A stretch of 64,000 nt of DNA from the NCBI GenBank assembly GCA_965261395.1, contig OZ253462.1, positions 2,944,001-3,008,000 on the forward strand. Direction: 5' to 3'. Shown here in pieces: positions 19,328-28,353 of this stretch. Origin of the DNA: Candidatus Latescibacterota bacterium (lineage in GTDB: Bacteria; Latescibacterota; UBA2968; UBA8231). A program made the translations under genes and the position numbers. The stretch's first letter is position 1, and every line of letters begins with the position of its first letter. Below the pieces are notes generated by a model, which saw nothing but the letters and a program-made list of their open reading frames with translations, was not told where the DNA came from and did no database searches.

Positions 19328-20778
19328 GGCACGTAGCCCGATTGCGGACGCTCGGGGTCGGCGACTTTGATGAGTTGCCGGTCTCGCGCTCGTCGGATCA
19401 CCTGCGACACTTGTGCGGCATTTCGCGTATCTATACCTAAACGTGCTCGCAGGCTGCTGTTTTTCATCAATTCTCCATTCACGAACTTCAATACGGCGTG
19501 CTGATAGCACGCCCGGATGCGCTCTTCGACCGTCATCGCGGCAAATCGGCGCGGCGCAAAAAGAACCGCACAAGTCGCCTCTATCCCGCCTTCCTGGACG
19601 CGAAAATCCGGTGGCGGCAACTGATAGAGCTCCACAGCCGCCACGACCTTGTCGATACCTGTACCTTGCTCCTCGCACAACTTCATGCGCCGCATGAAAG
19701 CGGCAAGTGCTTCGTTTCTCGAGCGCGGCGGGGAGTCGATAAACCGATTGGGGCTGATCAGAGGCTTGCCCGGATTGGTGACCTCCAGCCGATTGCTGAA
19801 GAGTTCAATCGACGGTCCGGCTCCGGTAATAGTCATGTCTTGGTGAATAAGCGCATTGGCGATCAACTCGCGGAGGGCAATCGGCGGGAACAGCGGCTGC
19901 TCGATTCGGAAAACTTGGTCAATTTGCTCGTTCCTCGGTAACAGCCGGTCGATAAACTCAACAAGCTTGGCAAAGCCAACGGCATAACCGCGTGGTTCGT
20001 CGTGCCGGTGGGTTACCACATCCGCGCGTCCCATTCCATTGTAGGCCGTGAAGCGCACCGCCTTACGCGCAATCCGCGAGTCGAACTCATCGAGGCGATT
20101 GGCAAACAGAATCGCGCCCAGATTGGTGATATTCCAGCGGCCACCGACATCCGGGGTGATGATTCGGTCTTGGTTCAATCGCTCCAAGATTGCTTGCGGA
20201 TTGGCCATCAGTGATTGGTCCATAAGCGCGAAATAGCTCGCATAGTCAATGCGGGCCAGTACGTCATCGTCTGTGAGGAACTGTGCGGCGATGCCGCTTT
20301 CCCAGAGGTATGGCTGGAGTTTGTTCCAGAGAGTTTTCTGACGGTCAGGATAATCGGATAAGCGCGGTGTCGCCGAACCGATTCGGCAATATGCAGTGCG
20401 CTCAAACTCCACCGGACTTGTGGTTGCGGAGGGAATCTCAAGCAGAACCAGCCTTCCCTCTGGATGCGCCACAATCTGAAATGTGAAGGCGACATCTGGG
20501 CTGAGCCGCTGCGCCAGCCAAAACGCCAGCGGCTGGCCATGGCGTTTGACGGCATCCGGATCAAAGTGCGTCCCGGTTATGGCGCGATCAGAATCCCGCA
20601 CCCCCCAAAGCAGATAGGCGAAATCTCGCTCTGCCAGCGCAGCGGCATTGGAAAGAGCCGAGATGTATTTGCCGATCACGGGGGGCGCAAAGTTGTTTTC
20701 CTTGAACTCAACACAGGTGGTTTCGGCAGACGCCGCCAGCAAATCGTCGATCAGCGCGAGGGTGCGGGTGTCGTTCAT
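19315..20778 (-). CDS. Schlafen/AlbA_2 domain protein with HATPase_c_4 domain (RecG-C-like)
   Basis: ETTCVEFKEN, ISALSN, LLWGVRD; ALRELIANALIHQD, RLEVTNPG, SRNEALA, EEQGTGI. Confidence 0.85.
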   Translation of the reverse strand: MNDTRTLALIDDLLAASAETTCVEFKENNFAPPVIGKYISALSNAAALAERDFAYLLWGVRDSDRAITGTHFDPDAVKRHGQPLAFWLAQRLSPDVAFTFQIVAHPEGRLVLLEIPSATTSPVEFERTAYCRIGSATPRLSDYPDRQKTLWNKLQPYLWESGIAAQFLTDDDVLARIDYASYFALMDQSLMANPQAILERLNQDRIITPDVGGRWNITNLGAILFANRLDEFDSRIARKAVRFTAYNGMGRADVVTHRHDEPRGYAVGFAKLVEFIDRLLPRNEQIDQVFRIEQPLFPPIALRELIANALIHQDMTITGAGPSIELFSNRLEVTNPGKPLISPNRFIDSPPRSRNEALAAFMRRMKLCEEQGTGIDKVVAAVELYQLPPPDFRVQEGGIEATCAVLFAPRRFAAMTVEERIRACYQHAVLKFVNGELMKNSSLRARLGIDTRNAAQVSQVIRRARDRQLIKVADPERPQSGYVPFWA

Positions 20779-20817
20779 GCGTTCATCCCCCTGCGGTCCC
20801 GTCTAGTCGGCAGTGCG

Positions 20818-20993
20818 CCGTGCTTGGTGCCGCTTTGCGCCATACGGTCTCGCGGAAAGGTGGAATCAAAACCTGATCAAACGTTGAAAATCGTCGTAAG
20901 ATACTGTTTTTACAAGAGACTTTAACATCCGAGACATCGGCTTTGCGCCCAAAATCAAAACCCGATCAAACGTTGGCCTTTCACGCCCAAAAC
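20818..20993. repeat. ~180 bp imperfect direct repeat, copy 2
   Basis: Copy of 19139-19327 with an internal deletion. Confidence 0.85.
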
Positions 20994-21003
20994 ATTGGTG
21001 AAT

Positions 21004-21084
21004 CGGTTTGGGGCGGGTCGTCGTTTCCTCGGACAGGCGCGTATCCAAGCCGCCCGCGGGAATCAGGGCCTTCGTAATATGCAC
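21004..21084 (-). pseudogene. N-terminal fragment of a sugar-1-phosphate nucleotidylyltransferase (RfbF/GalU-like)
   Basis: KALIPAGGLDTRLSEETTTRPKP matches the GGLGTRLSEET...PKP signature, then runs into the direct repeat. Confidence 0.7.
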
Positions 21085-21316
21085 TTACTTTTAAATAAAC
21101 AAATCATTGTTTTTTAAGGACATTTGCCTTCGTTGAGCGGCGGGATGCACGTTGCAATAAAATAAAGTTTGCGCCAAAAGTCCAAATCGCCCTGCCGGTA
21201 GCCGAGCGTTTTGTGGATGGCTGCGGCTTGGCACGACAACTCGGATCACACTGCGACCAAGCCGTTATAAAATGCGGAGAAAATCAATTGTCAAACGAAA
21301 GAATGATTTTGCCACC

Positions 21317-24300
21317 CGGCTCATCCCCGCGTGTGCGGGAACATATTGCAGAGAGTCGCGGCGTAACAACTTCACCCGGCTCATCCCCGCGTGTGCGGGG
21401 AACATTTAATAGTTTGCCACATAATGTGGTTAACTAGCGGCTCATCCCCGCGTGTGCGGGGAACATACAATGTGAAATCTACGCTGGGGCACCGCATCCG
21501 GTTCATCCCCGCGTGTGCGGGGAACATCACCATTCGCAGATCGTAGTCGTTCACGCTAACGGTTCATCCCCGCGTGTGCGGGGAACATCAGGTTCATCGG
21601 ATATAGAGCGCCAGCGGCGACGGTTCATCCCCGCGTGTGCGGGGAACATTTGGTAGGCAACCCCCCATCATTGGACCAGGCCGGTTCATCCCCGCGTGTG
21701 CGGGGAACATATGCTGATGCTGGCGAGGGCGAAGGGGTTCATCCCCGCGTGTGCGGGGAACATCTCGACAAGGCCCGCGACCGGTCAGCCAAGACCGGTT
21801 CATCCCCGCGTGTGCGGGGAACATATGGTGGAGGTCATAGTCACCCTCTCCAAGCTCGGTTCATCCCCGCGTGTGCGGGGAACATTTGCAGATGTTGACG
21901 GGTGCATAATGCGTATCCGGTTCATCCCCGCGTGTGCGGGGAACATGATGTAAATTTCCTGTGTCGCGCGCCGTCTGCCGGTTCATCCCCGCGTGTGCGG
22001 GGAACATTTCACGCAGGCGGCCAAAGAAGGCAACGTCCGCGGTTCATCCCCGCGTGTGCGGGGAACATTCCCTGGTCTGCCGAACCGAATCGCTAAAATC
22101 CGGTTCATCCCCGCGTGTGCGGGGAACATATTAACGCTCATAGCATCCAGCCCCACCACGCCGGTTCATCCCCGCGTGTGCGGGGAACATGGGGTCAGAA
22201 TACCCATCAGGATATTTCCTTTCGGTTCATCCCCGCGTGTGCGGGGAACATCGCCCCAAGTGGTGCATCATGCACACCAAGGTCGGTTCATCCCCGCGTG
22301 TGCGGGGAACATTGCTCAATCCAAGTCGAACCCGATCTTTCGAGCGGTTCATCCCCGCGTGTGCGGGGAACATCGGCCTCAGTCCCTCTACAATAACATG
22401 ACCATCGGTTCATCCCCGCGTGTGCGGGGAACATCAACAGCTCGAAGACCTCATCGTCAGACAACTCGGTTCATCCCCGCGTGTGCGGGGAACATTGGTG
22501 GTGGTGGCCCTCCGCCGCCGATGTAAACGGTTCATCCCCGCGTGTGCGGGGAACATAGATTATGTATATATCGGCGCAACATCTACGCCGGTTCATCCCC
22601 GCGTGTGCGGGGAACATACCATGGCAACGCAAAACGTATTTCAGATCATCGGTTCATCCCCGCGTGTGCGGGGAACATCCACTTCGGTTTTTTTGAACGC
22701 GAAGGCTTCCCGGTTCATCCCCGCGTGTGCGGGGAACATCCACTTCGGTTTCTTCGAACGCGAGGGTTTTCCGGTTCATCCCCGCGTGTGCGGGGAACAT
22801 ACGACCTAGGATACAATTACAACTCAGCCGGCCGGTTCATCCCCGCGTGTGCGGGGAACATCAAGTCTCAGCCGAGCCCCATTTCTTCTCAGACGGTTCA
22901 TCCCCGCGTGTGCGGGGAACATAAAAACTCGCCTTTTTTGATCGCGTTGAACGCCGGTTCATCCCCGCGTGTGCGGGGAACATAAGCTCGGCCCCATGAC
23001 GTTGCGGTACTCTAACGGTTCATCCCCGCGTGTGCGGGGAACATCTGGGGCTTGAGCCTATGTCGGGGTCGCTTATCGGTTCATCCCCGCGTGTGCGGGG
23101 AACATTCGCAATGCCTTATTGCTTTGCGCGTCAACGTCGGTTCATCCCCGCGTGTGCGGGGAACATCTCCCTGTCGTCAAGGTGAAACAAGGTGCGACCG
23201 GTTCATCCCCGCGTGTGCGGGGAACATTTCGCGCAAGCCCTTTGCCGCTTCTGCGATCTCGGTTCATCCCCGCGTGTGCGGGGAACATTTCGTCAAAGCC
23301 TTTATGCTCGCCCGCAAAGCCGGTTCATCCCCGCGTGTGCGGGGAACATATGCTTGTAACCTTCTGAATGAGGTTGCAAGGCGGTTCATCCCCGCGTGTG
23401 CGGGGAACATTTCCCTATCGAGCAACAGCAGAGAATCAAAGTCGGTTCATCCCCGCGTGTGCGGGGAACATATCTCCTTCTTGACCGCGCTCGCGTCGAT
23501 GTCCGGTTCATCCCCGCGTGTGCGGGGAACATTTCGCATCTGAGCGCGTCCAGCACAAATTTCCCGGTTCATCCCCGCGTGTGCGGGGAACATTTTCGTC
23601 AAAGCCTTTATGCTCGCGTCGATGTCCGGTTCATCCCCGCGTGTGCGGGGAACATATGCAAGCAACCTGCTGAATGAGGTTGCAAGGCGGTTCATCCCCG
23701 CGTGTGCGGGGAACATCTATTGTATTGATTGTATTGAAACGCGAAACACGGTTCATCCCCGCGTGTGCGGGGAACATTAGGGTCAGTATCCTGCGAAGCG
23801 ATGCAATCCTGGTTCATCCCCGCGTGTGCGGGGAACATAAGCAACTGACGTATTGTATTGACGCGAAACACGGTTCATCCCCGCGTGTGCGGGGAACATT
23901 GTAAAGGAATCGCTCGCCGACTCGCTGCCGACGGTTCATCCCCGCGTGTGCGGGGAACATATCGCCAGTCAATGCAGTCCGGTAGAGTCAAGCGGTTCAT
24001 CCCCGCGTGTGCGGGGAACATACGGCGAAACTGCTCGACACCTATGTCGATAGCGGTTCATCCCCGCGTGTGCGGGGAACATACGCCGGGACAATCCGGC
24101 AAAACGCTTTACCACGGTTCATCCCCGCGTGTGCGGGGAACATATACAGATCAGATCAGATCAGATCAGATCAGCCGGTTCATCCCCGCGTGTGCGGGGA
24201 ACATTTTAAAATAGTGGTGGAAAGTGCTTGACAATGCGGTTCATCCCCGCGTGTGCGGGGAACATAAAAGGCCAGCGGTTAAAATTTAACTATTGACCGG

Positions 24301-25424
24301 TTCATCCCCGCGTGTGCGGGGAACATGTTTAACTCCCCTCACGGGAGGAGCCTATCACCGGTTCATCCCCGCGTGTGCGGGGAACATGCGCGCTCGGGGC
24401 TTTTCTCGATGCGCGTTTTCGGTTCATCCCCGCGTGTGCGGGGAACATAGGTAGGCCGTGTACGGCCCGGTTGCCGATACCGGTTCATCCCCGCGTGTGC
24501 GGGGAACATCGGTTTAACTGCCATTGCTGGCAGCCCATCACCGGTTCATCCCCGCGTGTGCGGGGAACATTGCGATAGGGAGCGCGTTTATTGTGCGTGT
24601 TACGGTTCATCCCCGCGTGTGCGGGGAACATTCTCAATTATTGCTTGTGTTGGTATCGGCTACCGGTTCATCCCCGCGTGTGCGGGGAACATCGGTTTAA
24701 CTCCCGTCGCCGGGAGCCCATCACCGGTTCATCCCCGCGTGTGCGGGGAACATTTCTGCAAAGCCTTTATGCTCGTCCTCAGGGCCGGTTCATCCCCGCG
24801 TGTGCGGGGAACATTGTAAAGGAAACGCCCGCCGGCTCGTCGCCGACGGTTCATCCCCGCGTGTGCGGGGAACATTCCGGTTGGAACAAGGTAGGTTTTT
24901 CCTGCTACGGTTCATCCCCGCGTGTGCGGGGAACATGTGTGGGCTGAACTTTGGATCAGCCCGTGCGGCGGTTCATCCCCGCGTGTGCGGGGAACATCCT
25001 TGTGAGTGTGCTGCGTTTCCTGGGCTGAGCGGTTCATCCCCGCGTGTGCGGGGAACATAATATCGGCCAGCTTGGCCGATACAATGTTCGCGGTTCATCC
25101 CCGCGTGTGCGGGGAACATTGAGCAACTTCGGCAATCAGCAAGGCAAGGGCCGGTTCATCCCCGCGTGTGCGGGGAACATCCTCTATCGTCAAGTATCTC
25201 TGGGTGCTGCGTCGGTTCATCCCCGCGTGTGCGGGGAACATCGGGTGCTAATGGCGTTGAATAGTGCGAGTAGCGGTTCATCCCCGCGTGTGCGGGGAAC
25301 ATCTGGTATTCTTCGTCCAGGTGTTTGCGAGCATCGGTTCATCCCCGCGTGTGCGGGGAACATAATACCCGCACTCACATGAGGTAAATTTCAATCGGTT
25401 CATCCCCGCGTGTGCGGGGAACAT
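21317..25424 (-). CRISPR. type I-E CRISPR array, 68 repeats / 67 spacers
   Basis: 29-bp repeat CGGTTCATCCCCGCGTGTGCGGGGAACAT (+) = ATGTTCCCCGCACACGCGGGGATGAACCG (-), 61-bp period, mostly 32-nt spacers (one 24 nt, one 33 nt). Degenerate CGGCTC repeats at the 21317 end mark the trailer. Confidence 0.99.
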
Positions 25425-25529
25425 ACTTAATCGTAACTGCTTGCTACAGTTTAGGTTATATGCCATGCAAAATAGCTACCGACTATTTGACCCCCGATTC
25501 ACCCACTCCACATATGCCGAGAACATACT
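25425..25529 (-). promoter_or_regulatory. CRISPR leader
   Basis: AT-rich non-coding segment between the cas2 stop and the conserved end of the array. Confidence 0.8.
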
Positions 25530-25808
25530 TCACTCAGGCAAAAAAGATACGAGTCGAAGACCGTCAAAATCCACAGGTATCCGGCGGTTTGTGCCAAAGG
25601 TTTCAAACTCAAACCCCGCGTCATTGGGGGCGGCCCAAGCAATCACAGCATCACCGTCGCCGATGAGCTCGCACACATTGTCGCGGATCATAGCGCGGGT
25701 CTTTGCCGAGTAGTTGCCGATATAGACACCGGCTCGAAGTTCCAGAAGCCAAACCGCGAGCCGGCCCCGCAGGCGCGGCGGCACATTATTAGTCACCACT
25801 ATCATCAT
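25530..25808 (-). CDS. cas2: type I-E Cas2
   Basis: PPRLRGRLAVWLLELRAGVYIG...VDFDGLRLVSF. Confidence 0.97.
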   Translation of the reverse strand: MMIVVTNNVPPRLRGRLAVWLLELRAGVYIGNYSAKTRAMIRDNVCELIGDGDAVIAWAAPNDAGFEFETFGTNRRIPVDFDGLRLVSFLPE

Positions 25809-26752
25809 CCTCGATGGCCCTCATCTCCGCTTGAAGGTGGATCGGCAAAGGCCGGGCCTACCGCATCATCTGGCATTTTCGGCGGCGGCAACTCGCCCGC
25901 TGCGAGCACTTCTCCGATGGTTGGAATCAGTCGCCTGAGCAGCTTGGTTCTGCGGAACGTGTCCCGACACGCCAAGCGCACTTCGCGCACAGGCTCGGCA
26001 GAACGCCCCTTCGCGTGCTGTCCCGCAATGCGAAACGCTGTCGGCACCGCCGTCTCAAATTTGAATAAATCGGCAATGTCGTACACAAAGGAGAGGGGTT
26101 TACCAGTATGCAAGAAGCCGACTGCTGGGGCATATCCAGCCGCGAGCACGGCGGCTTCCGTAATGCCGTAGAGGCAGGCAGTTGCTGCCGAGAGGCAGCG
26201 GTTGGGCACATCGGAGAAGTTCCAATCCGAAGGATCGTAGCTGCGCCTTTTCCACTGTACTCCAAACTGCCGCGCCAAATTCTCATAAAGCGCACGTACA
26301 CGCGCCCCCTCAATTCCGCGAAGCTGTTCGACAGAACGGCGTTGCGGCGCTCGCTCGTCAAATCGGATTTGATACATCCGCCGCACGATCTTCAGCCGAG
26401 CGTCGGGGTCAAGCGCGAGGCGGCACTGCCACAGAAGCCTGTCGGACCGGGCACCTCCCGGCTGACCAGCCGCGTATAGGCGCACCCCGGCTTCACCGAC
26501 CCATATCAGCAAAGTACCGACCCGTGCGGCGAGTGCCACTGCAGCATGACTGACCCGCGCACCAGGTTCGAGCATGATGCAAGCCAACCCGCCAACGGGG
26601 ATGTGCGTCCGCACCCCCTTTACATCTACGAGCACAAAAGCTCCATCGAGTACGTCGAGTTGGCCCTTCTCCACAAAAACGATAGAGGTGCGGTCCTTTA
26701 TGGGGATCGGCTTGGGGGGCGGAGCACCCGGCATTCTGTCAGGGCTAGCCAT
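25805..26752 (-). CDS. cas1: type I-E Cas1
   Basis: LEPGARVSHAA, VGEAGVRLYA, QLRGIEGARVR, GFLHTGKPLSFVYDIAD. Confidence 0.98.
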   Translation of the reverse strand: MASPDRMPGAPPPKPIPIKDRTSIVFVEKGQLDVLDGAFVLVDVKGVRTHIPVGGLACIMLEPGARVSHAAVALAARVGTLLIWVGEAGVRLYAAGQPGGARSDRLLWQCRLALDPDARLKIVRRMYQIRFDERAPQRRSVEQLRGIEGARVRALYENLARQFGVQWKRRSYDPSDWNFSDVPNRCLSAATACLYGITEAAVLAAGYAPAVGFLHTGKPLSFVYDIADLFKFETAVPTAFRIAGQHAKGRSAEPVREVRLACRDTFRRTKLLRRLIPTIGEVLAAGELPPPKMPDDAVGPAFADPPSSGDEGHRG

Positions 26753-26775
26753 CAAGCGATCCTGCGTATAAGCGA

Positions 26776-26865
26776 TGGTTCATCCCCGCATGTGCGGGGA
26801 ACACAGAGGTAGTCATCAGGCGATCCTGCGCATGAGTGGGTCATCCTCGCGTGTGCGGGGAACAT
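26776..26865 (-). CRISPR. mini-array (degenerate repeat-32 nt spacer-degenerate repeat) at the cas6e/cas1 junction
   Basis: Repeats 26776-26804 and 26837-26865; spacer 26805-26836 matches 26741-26772 at 26/32. Confidence 0.9.
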
Positions 26866-27608
26866 CTGCGTATAAGCATCAGGCCGCAGCCAAATGCCTT
26901 GCCGCGCCCGAATCCCTGCCGAAGGCGGGCGAGAAACGAGTTAGGCTCGGTTATGGTCAAAGCACCTTTGAGGTCGAATATGCCCAAAGTGCCGAATTTC
27001 CCACCGCGCCGTGCGAAACGCTCGGCTCGATAGCCTTCGAGCATCAGTGCGTCAAGGCAGAATCCGTATGCTTCGGCCCGCGCCGCTAGCCAGTCGTAGG
27101 CCGCCTTTTTGGCAAACTGCATCCGATACTTGGCGCGGTTGAGGGATTCATCCCCGCGTGTGCGGGGAACATTCTTGAGCAAGTCCATGGCCACATCGCA
27201 GCGTTGCCGTATGGCCGGTTCATTCCCGTGTGTGCGAGAAACTTTCCGATCGACCGTGGCGTTAAGGCGCAGATCGAACGCCAGCCGGTCTCCTGGCGAG
27301 AGTGTCGGCTCGAAGGGCTTCGTCTCGATAGCGAAGAAGGGAGAGTCTTCCAAAGGCTTGGGGCCGAGAAGATAGTACCGCCCGCGCTGGCGGTCGGCCC
27401 GCCAAAGAAACGCGGATTTCGGCGTACCGGCAGTCCGGCTCTGCTCTACCTCAGTACGCACATTTGGCGGGATGACCGTCCAGATCAGCCGGTGATCTAC
27501 CGCGAGGCGGTCAGACGACTTTGATGGCTGAAGGACCTGTAGCAGGGGAGCTATGTCTGCGGCGTCGCGCCGGAGCGTAAGACGCGAAAAGTGGAGTGGC
27601 TCACTCAT
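26841..27608 (-). CDS. cas6e: Cas6e (Cse3/CasE) with repeat-derived insertions
   Basis: HRLIW, LAFDLRLNAT, GFGRGKAFGCGLML Gly-rich loop. Confidence 0.95.
   Translation of the reverse strand: MSEPLHFSRLTLRRDAADIAPLLQVLQPSKSSDRLAVDHRLIWTVIPPNVRTEVEQSRTAGTPKSAFLWRADRQRGRYYLLGPKPLEDSPFFAIETKPFEPTLSPGDRLAFDLRLNATVDRKVSRTHGNEPAIRQRCDVAMDLLKNVPRTRGDESLNRAKYRMQFAKKAAYDWLAARAEAYGFCLDALMLEGYRAERFARRGGKFGTLGIFDLKGALTITEPNSFLARLRQGFGRGKAFGCGLMLIRRCSPHTRG
27144..27244 (-). CRISPR. two CRISPR repeats embedded in frame in the cas6e CDS, 43 nt apart
   Basis: 27144-27172 matches consensus at 27/29; 27216-27244 at 24/29. Confidence 0.85.
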
Positions 27609-28321
27609 TGCGAAGCCTCCTCTTGGTCAGTGGGAACGTATTCGTATTCGCGCCGTTGCCCGAACTGCCAGCTCGTGCGGTCGCCCGGCTCGTCCATCCG
27701 CAGTCGCATCCGCAAGGAAGCATCGAGAGGACCGAGGTCCGCCCGATCCTCCACGGCGATTAGGCCATTCGGCCCATCGCTATGGCGCTTGAACGCATCA
27801 ACGACCGTTTGTGCTTCAATGATCTCCGGCGCGAGTGGGTGGGACAGTGGGCAGGACTTGCGCCCTAAATACAATGTATAAGCTGGCTTCTCAAACCCAG
27901 CTTTGAGGTCCCGCAACGAGTATCGTCCGCCCGATATGGCTCGGTAAGCCGCCTGATAGCGCACATCTGTGCGGTACTCTCGGTGGGTGATACTCGTCGC
28001 AAGGTCCAAGGGATGGGAAAGTGCCTCCGCTCTAGTTCGGGGATGTCCCTTGGCCGAAGGCAGCGACTGGTAAGTGTGAAAATCCGTCACCAACGTCCCG
28101 GCGCACAGGGTGCGAGTAGCGACGCGGAAAGAGGCAGCAAGCGCCCGCTGCCCTTCCGCATCGGCGCGATCAATACCCAGCGCCGCGCCCGCCATCCCCA
28201 AAAGGGCAGATCGCGTTGGACGGTCGGCCGTGCCACGCCGCACATTGCCTGCCTCTTCGCCGAAGCTGGCAAAGGGTGCGGCCAAGGTAATAATTAACCA
28301 TTTCCTCGGTTCACCATTCAT
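27605..28321 (-). CDS. cas5: Cas5e (CasD)
   Basis: LAAPFASFGE...PTRSALLGMAGAALG, DFHT, REY, LYLGRKSCP. Confidence 0.96.
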   Translation of the reverse strand: MNGEPRKWLIITLAAPFASFGEEAGNVRRGTADRPTRSALLGMAGAALGIDRADAEGQRALAASFRVATRTLCAGTLVTDFHTYQSLPSAKGHPRTRAEALSHPLDLATSITHREYRTDVRYQAAYRAISGGRYSLRDLKAGFEKPAYTLYLGRKSCPLSHPLAPEIIEAQTVVDAFKRHSDGPNGLIAVEDRADLGPLDASLRMRLRMDEPGDRTSWQFGQRREYEYVPTDQEEASQ

Positions 28322-28353
28322 TTTAGTCCCTTCGGGAATATATGTGGTTCGTG

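Noticed and set aside
20781-20790. GTTCATCCCC upstream of the AlbA-domain gene matches 10 nt of the CRISPR repeat
   Set aside because: No hairpin partner; it doubles as a GGGGA RBS, and a 10-mer match is plausible by chance
24327-24724. Resemblance of the GNRA spacer motif to a hammerhead core (CUGAnGA...GAAA)
   Set aside because: Key core bases differ (GUGAUGG...UAAAC), so it cannot be called a ribozyme
21594-25466. Many ORFs with repeating GSSPRVRGT / RFIPACAGN / VHPRVCGEH peptides
   Set aside because: These are translations of the CRISPR repeat, not genes
25805-26752. Possible RT-Cas1 fusion explaining structured spacers
   Set aside because: Cas1 is about 315 aa with no RT domain, and no reverse transcriptase is in the window
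28307-28340. GGTGAACCG and a small TCCC-GAA-GGGA hairpin at the cas5 start as a ninth repeat remnant
   Set aside because: Too degenerate and wrongly spaced to support
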